From Polyangiaceae bacterium (GTDB taxonomy: Bacteria > Myxococcota_A > Polyangia > Polyangiales > Polyangiaceae): DNA of 64,000 nt. The stretch is taken from contig JBGANF010000024.1 in assembly GCA_044222475.1 (NCBI GenBank), positions 13,717-77,716 of the forward strand, read 5' to 3'. Below the pieces are notes generated by a model. That model did no database searches. It had not been told where the DNA came from and was given only the letters and a program-made list of their open reading frames with translations. Below are positions 1 to 9,614 of this stretch, one piece after another. Position 1 is the first letter of the stretch; the number at the start of each line of letters is the position of its first letter. The translations under genes and the position numbers were made by a program.

Positions 1-50
1 ATGATATCGAGGGTTTCACCCTCGCTCTCGGGTGTCAAGGCGGCCACGTC

Positions 51-608
51 CTAGACCTCCAGGATGTCCTTTTCCTTGCCACCGACGATCGTCTCGACTT
101 GCTTCGAGCCGTCGGCGACCGCCTCCTCGGCCTTCTTCTTCGCGCGATCGACGTCGTCGGCGCTGGCTTCGCCTTCGGTCTCGATCTGGCTCAGCATGTC
201 GAGTGCTTCGTGGCGCGCCTTGCGGATCGTCACCTTGCACTCCTCCCCGTACTTGCGCGCGATCTTCACGAACTCCTTGCGGCGCTCCTCGGTGAGGGGA
301 GGCAGCGGAATCCGAATGATGTCGCCGTCCGGCTGCGGGTTGAGGTTGAGCTCCGACTCACGGAGCGCCTTCTCGACCGCTTTGATCTGACTCTTGTCCC
401 ACGGCTTCACCGTGATGAGGCGCGGCTCGGGCACGCTGATGTTCGCCATCTTCGAGAGCTGGGTCATCGTGCCGTAGTAGTCGACGCGGATCCCGTCGAG
501 GAGGTTCGCGTTCGCGCGCCCGGCGCGCAGCTTTCCGAGCTCGCGCTTGAGGTTCTCGTGCGCCTTTCCGATCGCAGTGAGCAGCTCTTTATGGACGTCG
601 TCGAGCAT
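51..608 (-). CDS. frr: Ribosome recycling factor
   Basis: RAGRAN, VDYYG, NPQPDG, PPLTEERRKE motifs; ATG at 608 gives the typical 185 aa. Confidence 0.97.
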   Translation of the reverse strand: MLDDVHKELLTAIGKAHENLKRELGKLRAGRANANLLDGIRVDYYGTMTQLSKMANISVPEPRLITVKPWDKSQIKAVEKALRESELNLNPQPDGDIIRIPLPPLTEERRKEFVKIARKYGEECKVTIRKARHEALDMLSQIETEGEASADDVDRAKKKAEEAVADGSKQVETIVGGKEKDILEV

Positions 609-692
609 CGTGATCTCCGGTGCCTTCCCGAATGCCGCCGACCGTAGCACCATTTTCGGCGGCCGCGCGAGGCACTTGGTATAGCGAGAGTC

Positions 693-2369
693 GTGCGCCG
701 CCGTCCCTTTTCAGCGCTGCTTTCTCTTGCATTTTTCGTGGCCGTCGCCGGATCGGGCTGCGACGGCTGCGGGGGCGCGGCCCCGGCACCCGGCGCACGC
801 GAGGCATCGGTCGCCCTCGCCGCGGTGCCGGCCCCGACGGGCCTCCTCGCGGAGGCGGTCCTGCCGACGCCCGATGCGACGTGGCGCACGATCCAGGGCA
901 CGGTCGGCGGCGTCCTCGCCCTCACCGCGCCCACGTTCAGCGGTTTGATCGGCGCCACCGCCGGCGCGCCCGGCCTCAGCGGTCTCGTCGAGTCCGACTC
1001 GCCCGCCTACGTCGTCGTCGGGGAGGGCGAGGGGGTGCACTACGCCGTCGCGTTCCGGGCCAACGAGGCGGCGGCGAAATCGTGGGCAGGAGCCGACGCG
1101 GGCACGTTCACGCGCTCGGCGACCGACGAAGAGCACCTCACGATCTTCGAGCCGGTGCGCCCCGACGGTCCGTGGGTCGGGGTCGCACCGGGCAATTTCG
1201 TCGTCGTCGCGAGCTCACGCGCCGATCTCGTCCGGCTCGGCCCGTACGCGTTCCGCACGCTGCCGTCGCGGCCGCTGCCGAAGGAGCCGGCGCTGGTGCA
1301 CGTCACGCACGACGGCGCGAGCCGGCTCGCCGCGATCGTCGCCGGGCGCTGGACCGACGCGAAGACCGACCTCCTCGCGAAGGACGACGAGCAACGAAAG
1401 GCCCACGGCGGGCGTGCGCCCGACCACGGCGACCCGCGCGCGCTCGTGGGCGCGGTCGATCGTTGGATCGGTGCGTGGCTCGATGCGGCGCGCAACGTCT
1501 CCGGCGGCGACGTCACGATCGATCCGCTCGAAGGCGCCGACCGGTCGCTCGCGTTCGAGGTCCTCCTCACGCCGGAGGACGCGGGACCGGCGAAGGCGCT
1601 CGTCACCGGGATCCACGCCGGCGAGCTCCGCGCGCTCGAAGGCGCGCCCGACGGAGCGCTGTTCGCGCTCGACGTTCGTTCGGATGCGGCCGAGCGCACG
1701 GCGACCGCGGCCGACCTCGCGAAGACCGCCGAGGACGTGTTCCGCCTCAGCGCGGCGGATCGCGACGCGCTCGCCGCCGACCTGGGCGCGTGGGCCGACG
1801 CTCGCTCCGACGAGGTCGTTCTCGGTTTCACCGGCACGCCATCGCGCGCCGTGTTCCTTCGTGCGCCGGTGAAGGACGAAGCGGTCGCGCAGAAGGCGTT
1901 CGATCGCCTCGTGCGCCGCGCGGACAGCGCGAGCCTCCACGACCTGTGGCGCGCCGCGCTCGACGTGAACAATGTGCATAGTGCAACTGTTTCGGCGGCC
2001 GGGGTCGGGAGCGGGACGCTGGTGACGCTCGACCGCAAGACCGAGCCGAAGCTCGGGCTGTTCTACACCGCGCAGCGCGGCGAGCTCGTCGCGACCGGCG
2101 CCGAAGACGCGCCGGCTGCGGCCGCAGCCTTGCTCGGCGGGGGCAAGCGCCTCGGCGACGACCCGCGCGTGCACGACGCGCTCGGCCGCATCCGGGGCCG
2201 AGCCGCTCTCGTCGCGGTCGCGCGGCCGCTTCTTGCGAGCGCCGCACCGCGGAGCGACGCCGCCATTTTGGCGGCTGGTCGCGACGGCGATCGTGCGATG
2301 CTGCGGCTCGAAGCGACGGGCGCGCTCCTCCGCGAGCTCCTGCGTCGCCTGCAAGCCGCCGGACCCTGA
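693..2369 (+). CDS. Hypothetical exported protein/lipoprotein
   Basis: 558-aa ORF with signal peptide and lipobox-like AGSGC; no recognised family. Confidence 0.75.
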   Translation: MRRRPFSALLSLAFFVAVAGSGCDGCGGAAPAPGAREASVALAAVPAPTGLLAEAVLPTPDATWRTIQGTVGGVLALTAPTFSGLIGATAGAPGLSGLVESDSPAYVVVGEGEGVHYAVAFRANEAAAKSWAGADAGTFTRSATDEEHLTIFEPVRPDGPWVGVAPGNFVVVASSRADLVRLGPYAFRTLPSRPLPKEPALVHVTHDGASRLAAIVAGRWTDAKTDLLAKDDEQRKAHGGRAPDHGDPRALVGAVDRWIGAWLDAARNVSGGDVTIDPLEGADRSLAFEVLLTPEDAGPAKALVTGIHAGELRALEGAPDGALFALDVRSDAAERTATAADLAKTAEDVFRLSAADRDALAADLGAWADARSDEVVLGFTGTPSRAVFLRAPVKDEAVAQKAFDRLVRRADSASLHDLWRAALDVNNVHSATVSAAGVGSGTLVTLDRKTEPKLGLFYTAQRGELVATGAEDAPAAAAALLGGGKRLGDDPRVHDALGRIRGRAALVAVARPLLASAAPRSDAAILAAGRDGDRAMLRLEATGALLRELLRRLQAAGP

Positions 2370-2375
2370 GCACTC

Positions 2376-3200
2376 GTGGACCTCTCCTTTCGCTACCTCA
2401 CGATCGAGCTGTTCCAACGCGCGCTCCTCGCGGGCGCGCTTCTCGCCGCGCTCCTCGCGGTCCTCGGCGTGCTGGTCACCGCGCGCGGCCTCGCGTACCT
2501 CGGAGACGGGCTCTCTCACGCGGCGTTCGGCGGCATCGCGCTCGGGATGTACCTCGGGATCGCGAGCCCGCTCTACATCGCGATCCCGTTCACCGCGCTC
2601 GCGGCCATCGGCATCGGCGCGCTCCGTCGTCGCGGTGGTCTCCGATCCGACGTCGCGATGGCGGCGCTGTTCGCCGTGTGCTTCGCGATCGGCATCATCC
2701 TCCTGCGCAAGGCGAAGCGCACCGAAGCGACGTTCGATCCCGAACAGCTCCTGTTCGGCAACATCCTGCTCGTCGGTTCGAGCGACCTCTACGTCGTCCT
2801 CGTCATCGCCGCGGCGACGGCGATCTTCCTCGCGGTCACGTGGTCGCGCGTCGCGTACGCCACCTTCGACGAGGAGCTCGCGCGCCTCTCCGGGATTCAC
2901 GTGGGCTGGCTCGAGAGCGCACTGCTCGCGCTCCTCGCCGCGGTCGTCGTCGCGGCGATTCGGCTCGCCGGGGTCGTGTTGGTGAGCGCGTTCCTCGTCA
3001 TCCCGCCGGCGACGGCGCGGTTCTTCGGCCGCTCGCTCGGCGGGCTGGTGCAGTGGGCCGTGGGGGCGGGGGTGCTCGGCGTGTTCGTGGGGTTCGTCGT
3101 CGCCCACGCGCTGAGATGGCCCGAAGGCGCGTCGATCGTGCTGACGCTGGCCTTCTTCCTCCTTGCCGGCTTCGGGATACGCCGTATCCGCGGTCACTGA
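2376..3200 (+). CDS. Metal (Zn/Mn) ABC transporter permease, ZnuB/MntB family
   Basis: F.QRALLAG, GDGLSHAAFGG, LLFGNIL, FDEELARLSG, LVIPPATAR motifs; multiple TM helices. Confidence 0.92.
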   Translation: MDLSFRYLTIELFQRALLAGALLAALLAVLGVLVTARGLAYLGDGLSHAAFGGIALGMYLGIASPLYIAIPFTALAAIGIGALRRRGGLRSDVAMAALFAVCFAIGIILLRKAKRTEATFDPEQLLFGNILLVGSSDLYVVLVIAAATAIFLAVTWSRVAYATFDEELARLSGIHVGWLESALLALLAAVVVAAIRLAGVVLVSAFLVIPPATARFFGRSLGGLVQWAVGAGVLGVFVGFVVAHALRWPEGASIVLTLAFFLLAGFGIRRIRGH

Positions 3201-3315
3201 GCGGTCATCGAGGAACGCATTGACCCACCGCAAGGGCGACGTCACAAAGCGTGCCCTCGCCCGGGACTCGCGGTACGATGATTCCAGGGTGTTTTCACAC
3301 CCGCCGAGGCTTCCC

Positions 3316-4821
3316 ATGTCGAACTTCTCTGGTGTCCGCTTTTCCGCCCCCCGAGCCGCGCTCGTCCTCGTCCTCGTCGCCTGCGGCTTGCTCGCGGCGA
3401 CCGGCTGCGGGCGCAGCGGCCTCGACGACTACCTTCCGTCCGACGCCAGCGTCGACGTCCCCAACGACAACCAAGGCGGCGACGGCGGGACCTGCAACCC
3501 GGCGACGTGTCCGACCGGATGCTGCGACGCGAACGGGCAGTGTCGCGTCGGCGCCGATTTCGGAGCGTGCGGCTCCGCCGGCGGGAAGTGCGAGGACTGC
3601 GGAGCGTCCGGCTTCGACTACTGCGACCCGAACCTCCGTCAATGCGCGAAGGACCTCCCGGGTTGCGATGCGCTGAGCTGTCCGACCGGATGCTGCTTCG
3701 ACCTCAACGGTCAGGGCGTGTGCGTCAGCGGCAACTCGTCGGTCGCGTGCGGCAGTGGCGGCATCAAGTGCGCCGACTGCAGCCAGTCGGGCACCGTGTG
3801 CGACATCTCGGTGAAGAAGTGCGCGCCGCCGAAGTGCGGTCCCCAGAACTGCAAGGGATGCTGCTCCGGTGACGTGTGCCTCGGTGGCACCGACGGAAAG
3901 GCCTGCGGCAAGGGTGGTCTCCTCTGCACGGACTGCGCCGGGAAGGGGCAGACCTGCAACACGACGACCGGCGCCTGCGATGGCCCGCCGCCGACCTGCA
4001 CTCCGCAGACGTGCCCGAACGGATGTTGCCAAGGCAACAACTGCCTGCCGTCGACGAACACGACCTGCGGCATCCAGGGCAAGGCCTGCCAGAACTGCAC
4101 GCTGTCCAACGGCACCTGCTCGAACGGCACGTGCGTCGTCCAGCCGACGTGTACGCCGCAGAACTGCCCGTCGGGTTGTTGCCAGGCCGGCACCTGCTTC
4201 GCCGGGTTCACCAACAACCGCTGCGGATCGAACGGCAACAACTGCGTCGACTGCACCGCGCAGAACAGCGTCTGCAACACCAGCGTGAACCCGCGCGTCT
4301 GCAACAACCAGCAGTCGACCTGTCCGGCGCCGTATCCCAGCTGCCCGCTCAACGTCACCACGCCGGTGCTTCCGGTGACGAAGAACGCGTGCACCGCCCA
4401 GGACCTCCAGGACGCGCAGAGCGCGTGCTCCGGCGGTGCGGGCACGTTCGCGTGCGACTCGTTCTTCGCGACCATCACCCAGATCAAGCCGGCGTGCGCC
4501 AAGTGCCTCGCGCCCTTCAACTACTCGTTCTTCGAAGGAACCGGCATCTACAACTGCGTCGCTCCGTTCGTGACCTCGATCTGCAATCGCAACACCGGCT
4601 GCGCGACGAACTGCCAGGACACGAGCTGCTCTCAGTGCCCGTCGAACTCGATCGATCAGTGCCGCACCTCGGTGCGCCAGGGCGGTCAGTGCCAGAGCTA
4701 CTTCGTCAACACCCAGTGCGTCCTCCAGGGGCTCCAGTCGGTGCAAGGGCAGTTCTGCCAGCCGCAAGGCAACTTCGGCAACTGGCTGCAGACGGTCGGC
4801 GGTCGCTACTGTGGGCCCTGA
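3316..4821 (+). CDS. Cysteine-rich repeat lipoprotein
   Basis: Signal peptide ending in ATGC-GRSGL; five C-x-P-x-x-C-P-x-GCC-like modules; very Cys-rich. Confidence 0.85.
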   Translation: MSNFSGVRFSAPRAALVLVLVACGLLAATGCGRSGLDDYLPSDASVDVPNDNQGGDGGTCNPATCPTGCCDANGQCRVGADFGACGSAGGKCEDCGASGFDYCDPNLRQCAKDLPGCDALSCPTGCCFDLNGQGVCVSGNSSVACGSGGIKCADCSQSGTVCDISVKKCAPPKCGPQNCKGCCSGDVCLGGTDGKACGKGGLLCTDCAGKGQTCNTTTGACDGPPPTCTPQTCPNGCCQGNNCLPSTNTTCGIQGKACQNCTLSNGTCSNGTCVVQPTCTPQNCPSGCCQAGTCFAGFTNNRCGSNGNNCVDCTAQNSVCNTSVNPRVCNNQQSTCPAPYPSCPLNVTTPVLPVTKNACTAQDLQDAQSACSGGAGTFACDSFFATITQIKPACAKCLAPFNYSFFEGTGIYNCVAPFVTSICNRNTGCATNCQDTSCSQCPSNSIDQCRTSVRQGGQCQSYFVNTQCVLQGLQSVQGQFCQPQGNFGNWLQTVGGRYCGP

Positions 4822-4839
4822 CCGGTCACTGGACCTACG

Positions 4840-5973
4840 GTGAGCCGGGCCGGGTACGACGAGGTCGCGCTCCTCCTCGGCTTTCCATCGCTGCGGGCCG
4901 CGCGGATCCTCGACGTCCTCCTCCGACCGGAGGCGGGGCGCCCGCGCGTCTTCGTGCACGCCATCATCCACGAGAAGCTGGAGCCCGCGTGCGCGCGAGC
5001 GCTCGACCGTTTGTCGCCGGAGGCGCGGAGCTCGGTCGAGATTCACGCCGGTGACGCCGGCGCCATCGACCTCGGCCTCTCGGGGCCGGAGTTCCGGGCG
5101 CTCGCCAGCGAGGTCGACGTGATCCACCACGCCGCGCAGGTGAGCTACGCAGGCGTCGATCGCAAAGCGGCGGAGTACCTCAACGTAGGCGCCATGCGCG
5201 AGACGCTCGAGCTCGCCGAGGCGGCGACGCACCTTCGCGCGTGCGTCGTGCACTCGTCCGCGACGGTCTCGGGAGATCGCACCGGCGTCGTGCGCGAGGA
5301 AGAGCTCGACGAGGGCCAGCGCTTTCGCAACGTCGTCGACGAAACGCTGGCGCGGGCGGAGCGCATGGCGCGCGCTGCGCAGGCGAAGAACGTCCCGATC
5401 GTCGTCCTGCGACCGGGCTTCGTCGTGGGCGACACGAAGACCGGTGAGGCGGACCGGCTCGATGGTCCTTACCTCCTCGTGCTCCTCATGTTGGCGGCGC
5501 CTCCCGAGTTCGTGCCCCCCATCCCGACGCGCGCCGACGCCCGGCTCTACGTCGCGCCCGCCGATTGGATCGCCGAGGTCGCCGTGCGCGTCTCGCGCGA
5601 TCCCCGCGCGATCGGCCGCACGTTGCACCTCTGCGAAGAGAATCCGCCGAGCGTGCGCGAGGTGCTCGAGCTCGTCGCTCGCGCCGGCGGGCGCCGCGCT
5701 CCGCGAGGGTTCCTCCCCGCCAACCTGACCAAGACGCTTCTGCGAGCGCCCGGGCTCGAGCGGCTGCTGCGGAGCCCGAGGTCGTTCCTGGACGCGCTCG
5801 CGACGCCCGTCGTCTACGACCGCAGCGCGGCGCGCGAGCTGCTCGAAGACCTGCCGTGCCCGCCGTTCGCGTCGTACGTCGATCAGCTCGTCGCTCACGT
5901 TCGCCACCGAATCGACGAGCGCCGCGCCGCGACGTTCGGTGACACCGACGGCGCACCGGACCCTCTGTTCTGA
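4840..5973 (+). CDS. Extended SDR / male-sterility-type NAD-binding domain protein (degenerate)
   Basis: GDAGAIDLGL, IHHAAQ, NVGA, VLRPGFVVGD.KTGE...DGPY motifs. Confidence 0.8.
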   Translation: MSRAGYDEVALLLGFPSLRAARILDVLLRPEAGRPRVFVHAIIHEKLEPACARALDRLSPEARSSVEIHAGDAGAIDLGLSGPEFRALASEVDVIHHAAQVSYAGVDRKAAEYLNVGAMRETLELAEAATHLRACVVHSSATVSGDRTGVVREEELDEGQRFRNVVDETLARAERMARAAQAKNVPIVVLRPGFVVGDTKTGEADRLDGPYLLVLLMLAAPPEFVPPIPTRADARLYVAPADWIAEVAVRVSRDPRAIGRTLHLCEENPPSVREVLELVARAGGRRAPRGFLPANLTKTLLRAPGLERLLRSPRSFLDALATPVVYDRSAARELLEDLPCPPFASYVDQLVAHVRHRIDERRAATFGDTDGAPDPLF

Positions 5974-6236
5974 TGGGTCGTCGCGCGATCGCACCCTGCG
6001 TCGGAGACGGACTGGTGATCCGTCGGATCGTGCTTCGCGCGCGCGACGTCGTCTACTTCAAGGGCGTCATCGAGGCGTCCGAGGGGCTCGCGCAGGTCTT
6101 CGCGGAGGAGGGGGGCGACCTCACCGTGGCCGCTCCCGTCGATCGCGAGGCCGAGCTCGATCGCGTGCTCGCGGAGCTGCTCGCCGAGCTCGACGGGCTA
6201 CGCGTCGTCGTCGGTGGTGAGCTCCCCGCGAAATGA
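5973..6236 (+). CDS. Small hypothetical protein (DUF4911-like)
   Basis: DVVYFKGVIEASEGLA resembles DUF4911; start overlaps the upstream stop. Confidence 0.6.
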   Translation: MGRRAIAPCVGDGLVIRRIVLRARDVVYFKGVIEASEGLAQVFAEEGGDLTVAAPVDREAELDRVLAELLAELDGLRVVVGGELPAK

Positions 6237-8201
6237 ACCGCCGTCCGACGGCCGCTGCGCGTCGACGTCCGGCCCGCTCGACACCGGACCCGAGGTCGGG
6301 GGGGCGCTCGAGATGGCGCCGCCGAGGGCGTGCTTGCGCTCGAGGGCAGCGACCGCGTCCGTTCCGCCGAGTCGCTCGAGCACTGCGCGCAGATCGCCGG
6401 GCATCGGCGCGTCGATCGTCAGCCTCGCGCCTTGCGGAGACGTGACCTCGACGCGGACGCAGTGAAGGAACGTGCGATCGAGGCCGTGCTTCTCTTCGAA
6501 GAACCGATTCGTCGGGGTGTGACCGTACCGGTCGTCGCCGAGGATCGCGTGACCGATCGCCGCGAAGTGGCGGCGAACTTGGTGGGTTCGCGGCTCCTCC
6601 GGGATGACGCGGACGATCGCGTGGCCGCCGGCGACGAGCAACCTTCGATACCGCGTCCGCGCCTCCTGGAGTCGCCGGTCGTCCCCGGGCTCACGGAGAG
6701 GGCGCGCGATCGTCCCTTTGGTGGGCACCACGCCGCGCACCGCGCCGACGAAGATCCTCCGGGTCGTCTCGTGGTCCATCGCGCGCTGCCAGGCGGGTAG
6801 GAGCGCGGCGTTCTTGGCGAAGAGCGCGACGCCGCTCGTGCCGAGGTCGAGGCGGGTGATCGGCGTCGCGTTCGCGCCGCCCGGGAGCGCGCGCACGCGA
6901 TCGAACAAGGACGAGACGTGCGCGTCGGCGGAGTCGCCGTGCGGCGTCGTGGGCTCGTGGCCGCCCTTGTCGACCGCGATGAGCGAGTCGTCCTCGAAGA
7001 GGACGAGCGGTCGCGGCGCGGCCGACCGCCCGAGGAACACGACGGTCTCGACCTCTTCGGTGAGCGGGATCATGTCGAGCGGCTGCGCGCTGAGCGTGCG
7101 GTAGCCGAGCCGCGAGAAGTGATCGAGGTCGCGCGCGAGCGTCTCGGGGTCGCACGAGACGTACGCGAGGGTCGGCGCCGCGAGCCGCGCGATCAGCTCG
7201 CGGGTCGCCGGGCCGAGCCCCCGTCGAGGTGGGTTCACGACCACCGCGTCGAACGCGGCGCGGCGGTCGGCGAGGGTGCGGAGGGCGCTCGCGCTCTCGG
7301 AGCAGAGAACCTCGGCGGCGAGCCCTTCGTCGCGCGCGGCGCGCTCGGCGTTTCGCGCCGCGGGAGGAAACGCTTCGACGATGGTGACCTTCGCGCCGCG
7401 GCGGGCGAGGGAGAGCGCGATCGCCCCCGAGCCGGCGTAGAGGTCGAGGACCTTCGTTCCAGCGGTGACCCGTAGCCCGTCGGCGAGGAGGGAGTGCACG
7501 CGCGCAGCCTGGCCGCGGTGCGCCTGCACGAACGAGCCGAAGGTTGCATAATGCATGGATTCGCCGTGGTGGTCCGCGGCGGTGTCCTCGCCGGCGAGTA
7601 GCTCGGTTTCGCTGCCGAGGATCTGCGGCCCGTCGCCCTGGACGTTGACCGCCACGCCGAGGACCTCGGGCGTGTCGGCGACGAACCGCTTGGCTTCCTC
7701 GCGCAGACGCTCTCGATCGCCGTCGCCGTGAGGCCGCGTGACGAACGTCACGAGCGCACGGCGACTTCCGTCCTTGCCACGGACCTCCCGTAGGTCGATG
7801 GCGCGCAGGAGCCCGCCGCTGCCGTTCGCCCCCGCCGGTCCGAGCGGCGAGGCCGCATCGCGCTCCGCGCCGACGATCCCGCGGAGGCGCGTGGCCAGCG
7901 TCGCGAGGACCGGCGCGAGGACTTGGCACTCGGGGATGTCGACCACGTTGTGGCCGCCGCCCTTGGCGTAGAGGCCGAGCTCGCCGCCCGGGCCGACGAT
8001 GAGCTTCGCGCGGGTGCGGTACCCGGCCACCGGCTCGGCCGGGATCGTCGACTCGGTGTAGGTCAGCTCGAGGGCGCGATAACGGCCGATCGCCTGGACG
8101 ACGCGGCCGCGCTTGTAGCCCAGCTGCGCGTCGTAGCCGAGGCCGATGACGGGGCATCCGCCGCAGCGTTCGGCGTGGGGGCAGACGACGTCGACGGGCA
8201 T
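6198..8201 (-). CDS. rlmD: 23S rRNA m5U methyltransferase (RlmD/TrmA family) fused to an RluA-family pseudouridine synthase
   Basis: N-term: CPHAERCGGC Fe-S motif, SFVQ, LDLYAGSG, NPPRRG, YVSCDP. C-term: TRLDLGTSG, RTHQVRRH, GHAILGD..YG. Confidence 0.88.
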   Translation of the reverse strand: MPVDVVCPHAERCGGCPVIGLGYDAQLGYKRGRVVQAIGRYRALELTYTESTIPAEPVAGYRTRAKLIVGPGGELGLYAKGGGHNVVDIPECQVLAPVLATLATRLRGIVGAERDAASPLGPAGANGSGGLLRAIDLREVRGKDGSRRALVTFVTRPHGDGDRERLREEAKRFVADTPEVLGVAVNVQGDGPQILGSETELLAGEDTAADHHGESMHYATFGSFVQAHRGQAARVHSLLADGLRVTAGTKVLDLYAGSGAIALSLARRGAKVTIVEAFPPAARNAERAARDEGLAAEVLCSESASALRTLADRRAAFDAVVVNPPRRGLGPATRELIARLAAPTLAYVSCDPETLARDLDHFSRLGYRTLSAQPLDMIPLTEEVETVVFLGRSAAPRPLVLFEDDSLIAVDKGGHEPTTPHGDSADAHVSSLFDRVRALPGGANATPITRLDLGTSGVALFAKNAALLPAWQRAMDHETTRRIFVGAVRGVVPTKGTIARPLREPGDDRRLQEARTRYRRLLVAGGHAIVRVIPEEPRTHQVRRHFAAIGHAILGDDRYGHTPTNRFFEEKHGLDRTFLHCVRVEVTSPQGARLTIDAPMPGDLRAVLERLGGTDAVAALERKHALGGAISSAPPTSGPVSSGPDVDAQRPSDGGSFRGELTTDDDA

Positions 8202-8238
8202 CCCGCCGATGATGATAGCCGAACCCGGCCTTCGTGCT

Positions 8239-9474
8239 TCAGTTCCGCCGAACTTCGACCGGCCAGAAATGGGTCGTCTGCCCTTGACGGGAGATCACGG
8301 CGAAGCCGCCCTGGGCGGGGACCGTCTTCGTGGCGGTGACCGTCAGGACCACGTGGGTTCCGTTGTTCACCGTCTTCTGGTCGAACGCGAAGCTGAGGGC
8401 GGACGAGCCACCTTGGAACTGCGCGAAGTCGATCGCCGAGAGGTTCCAGTCGGACGTGGGGGCGTCGGAGAACGCGTCGAGGTCGACGGTCGCCGTGTCG
8501 CCGGTGGTCTTGAGGATGATGCGGTCCTTGCGCGGGGCGACGTTGAAGTAGACCGACCCCGGCGGGATCGGCACGCACGGGTCGTGGCTGTCCTTGGCGC
8601 TCTGGTTCGACCACGAGCGCTGCACGGTGAACGTCGACTCGATGACCTTGTCGTTGCCTCCGGCGAAGTCGACGCAGAGGTCACCGACCTCACCGCCGGC
8701 GACCGCCCAGAGCGAGCTCGTCATGTAGTAGGAGAGGAGGTTGAGGCCGACGTCCGGATCGGTCGCGGCTTCGACGAACTCGTGGCTCGCCGACGTCGTC
8801 GTGGTCTGCTCGCCGCCGCACCTCGGCATGATCGCGTAGGCGACGACCACGAGTTGGTTGGCCGCGTTCTTGAGCGTCACCGTGTTGTGGTACGCACCGA
8901 AGTTGTTGCAGCTCTGCGAGCCGTCGAGGTTCACGCTGACGCCCTTCGGGAAGTAGATCGCGTAGAGCGTGTTGTCGGTCGGGTCGGGGAAGGTCTTGTC
9001 GGCGACCTTCGCCTTGATGAGATCCTTGATCGTCGACACGTCGCTCGACGAGGAGTCCGTGTACGACGCCGCGGGCGCTTCCGGAATGGAGACGTGACCG
9101 CCGCCCGTGCCGGGACCGATGCACGGCGTGTTCTTCGGCTGCGCGCAGTACTCCGAGGTCGTCGCCTTCCACCACGGCGTCGACGTGATCGTGTCGCCGA
9201 AGGTGTTGAGGCGGCCGACGAGCGTCGGGTCGTCGCTCGCGAAGGTGACGGTGACGACCGACATCGCGTCGAGGATGCGTCCACCGTGGTAGTCGACCTG
9301 CGGAAGGGGAGAGTGGTCGGCCGGGTATTTCACCGGACCTGCATCGACGGCGGCGTCGGGGTCTGCGGTGTCTGCGCCCGCGTCCACCGGTTGCGGGTTG
9401 TCGCTCACGGAGCCGCCGCAGGCAGCGAAGAGGAAGCCAGCGGCAACGGAAAAGAGAAGAGCGTGCTTCGTCAT
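8239..9474 (-). CDS. Hypothetical lipoprotein with a Phi-1/EXORDIUM-like HExxE..TDP motif
   Basis: Lipobox FAAC; YHGGRIL, GAYH, SHEFVEAATDP, GEVGDLC, VQRSWSN. Confidence 0.7.
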   Translation of the reverse strand: MTKHALLFSVAAGFLFAACGGSVSDNPQPVDAGADTADPDAAVDAGPVKYPADHSPLPQVDYHGGRILDAMSVVTVTFASDDPTLVGRLNTFGDTITSTPWWKATTSEYCAQPKNTPCIGPGTGGGHVSIPEAPAASYTDSSSSDVSTIKDLIKAKVADKTFPDPTDNTLYAIYFPKGVSVNLDGSQSCNNFGAYHNTVTLKNAANQLVVVAYAIMPRCGGEQTTTTSASHEFVEAATDPDVGLNLLSYYMTSSLWAVAGGEVGDLCVDFAGGNDKVIESTFTVQRSWSNQSAKDSHDPCVPIPPGSVYFNVAPRKDRIILKTTGDTATVDLDAFSDAPTSDWNLSAIDFAQFQGGSSALSFAFDQKTVNNGTHVVLTVTATKTVPAQGGFAVISRQGQTTHFWPVEVRRN

Positions 9475-9614
9475 GGCGGCCGTAGCTAACGAGACGAAAC
9501 GCGATCGCGCAAGGTCGCGCAGCGAAAAAAACGCGTGATCCCGGGCGCTTGTCCAGCGTGAGCGGAGCATTCGCTCCCCACTGGCAAACGCCCGTCGTGG
9601 CGCCGATGTGGGCG

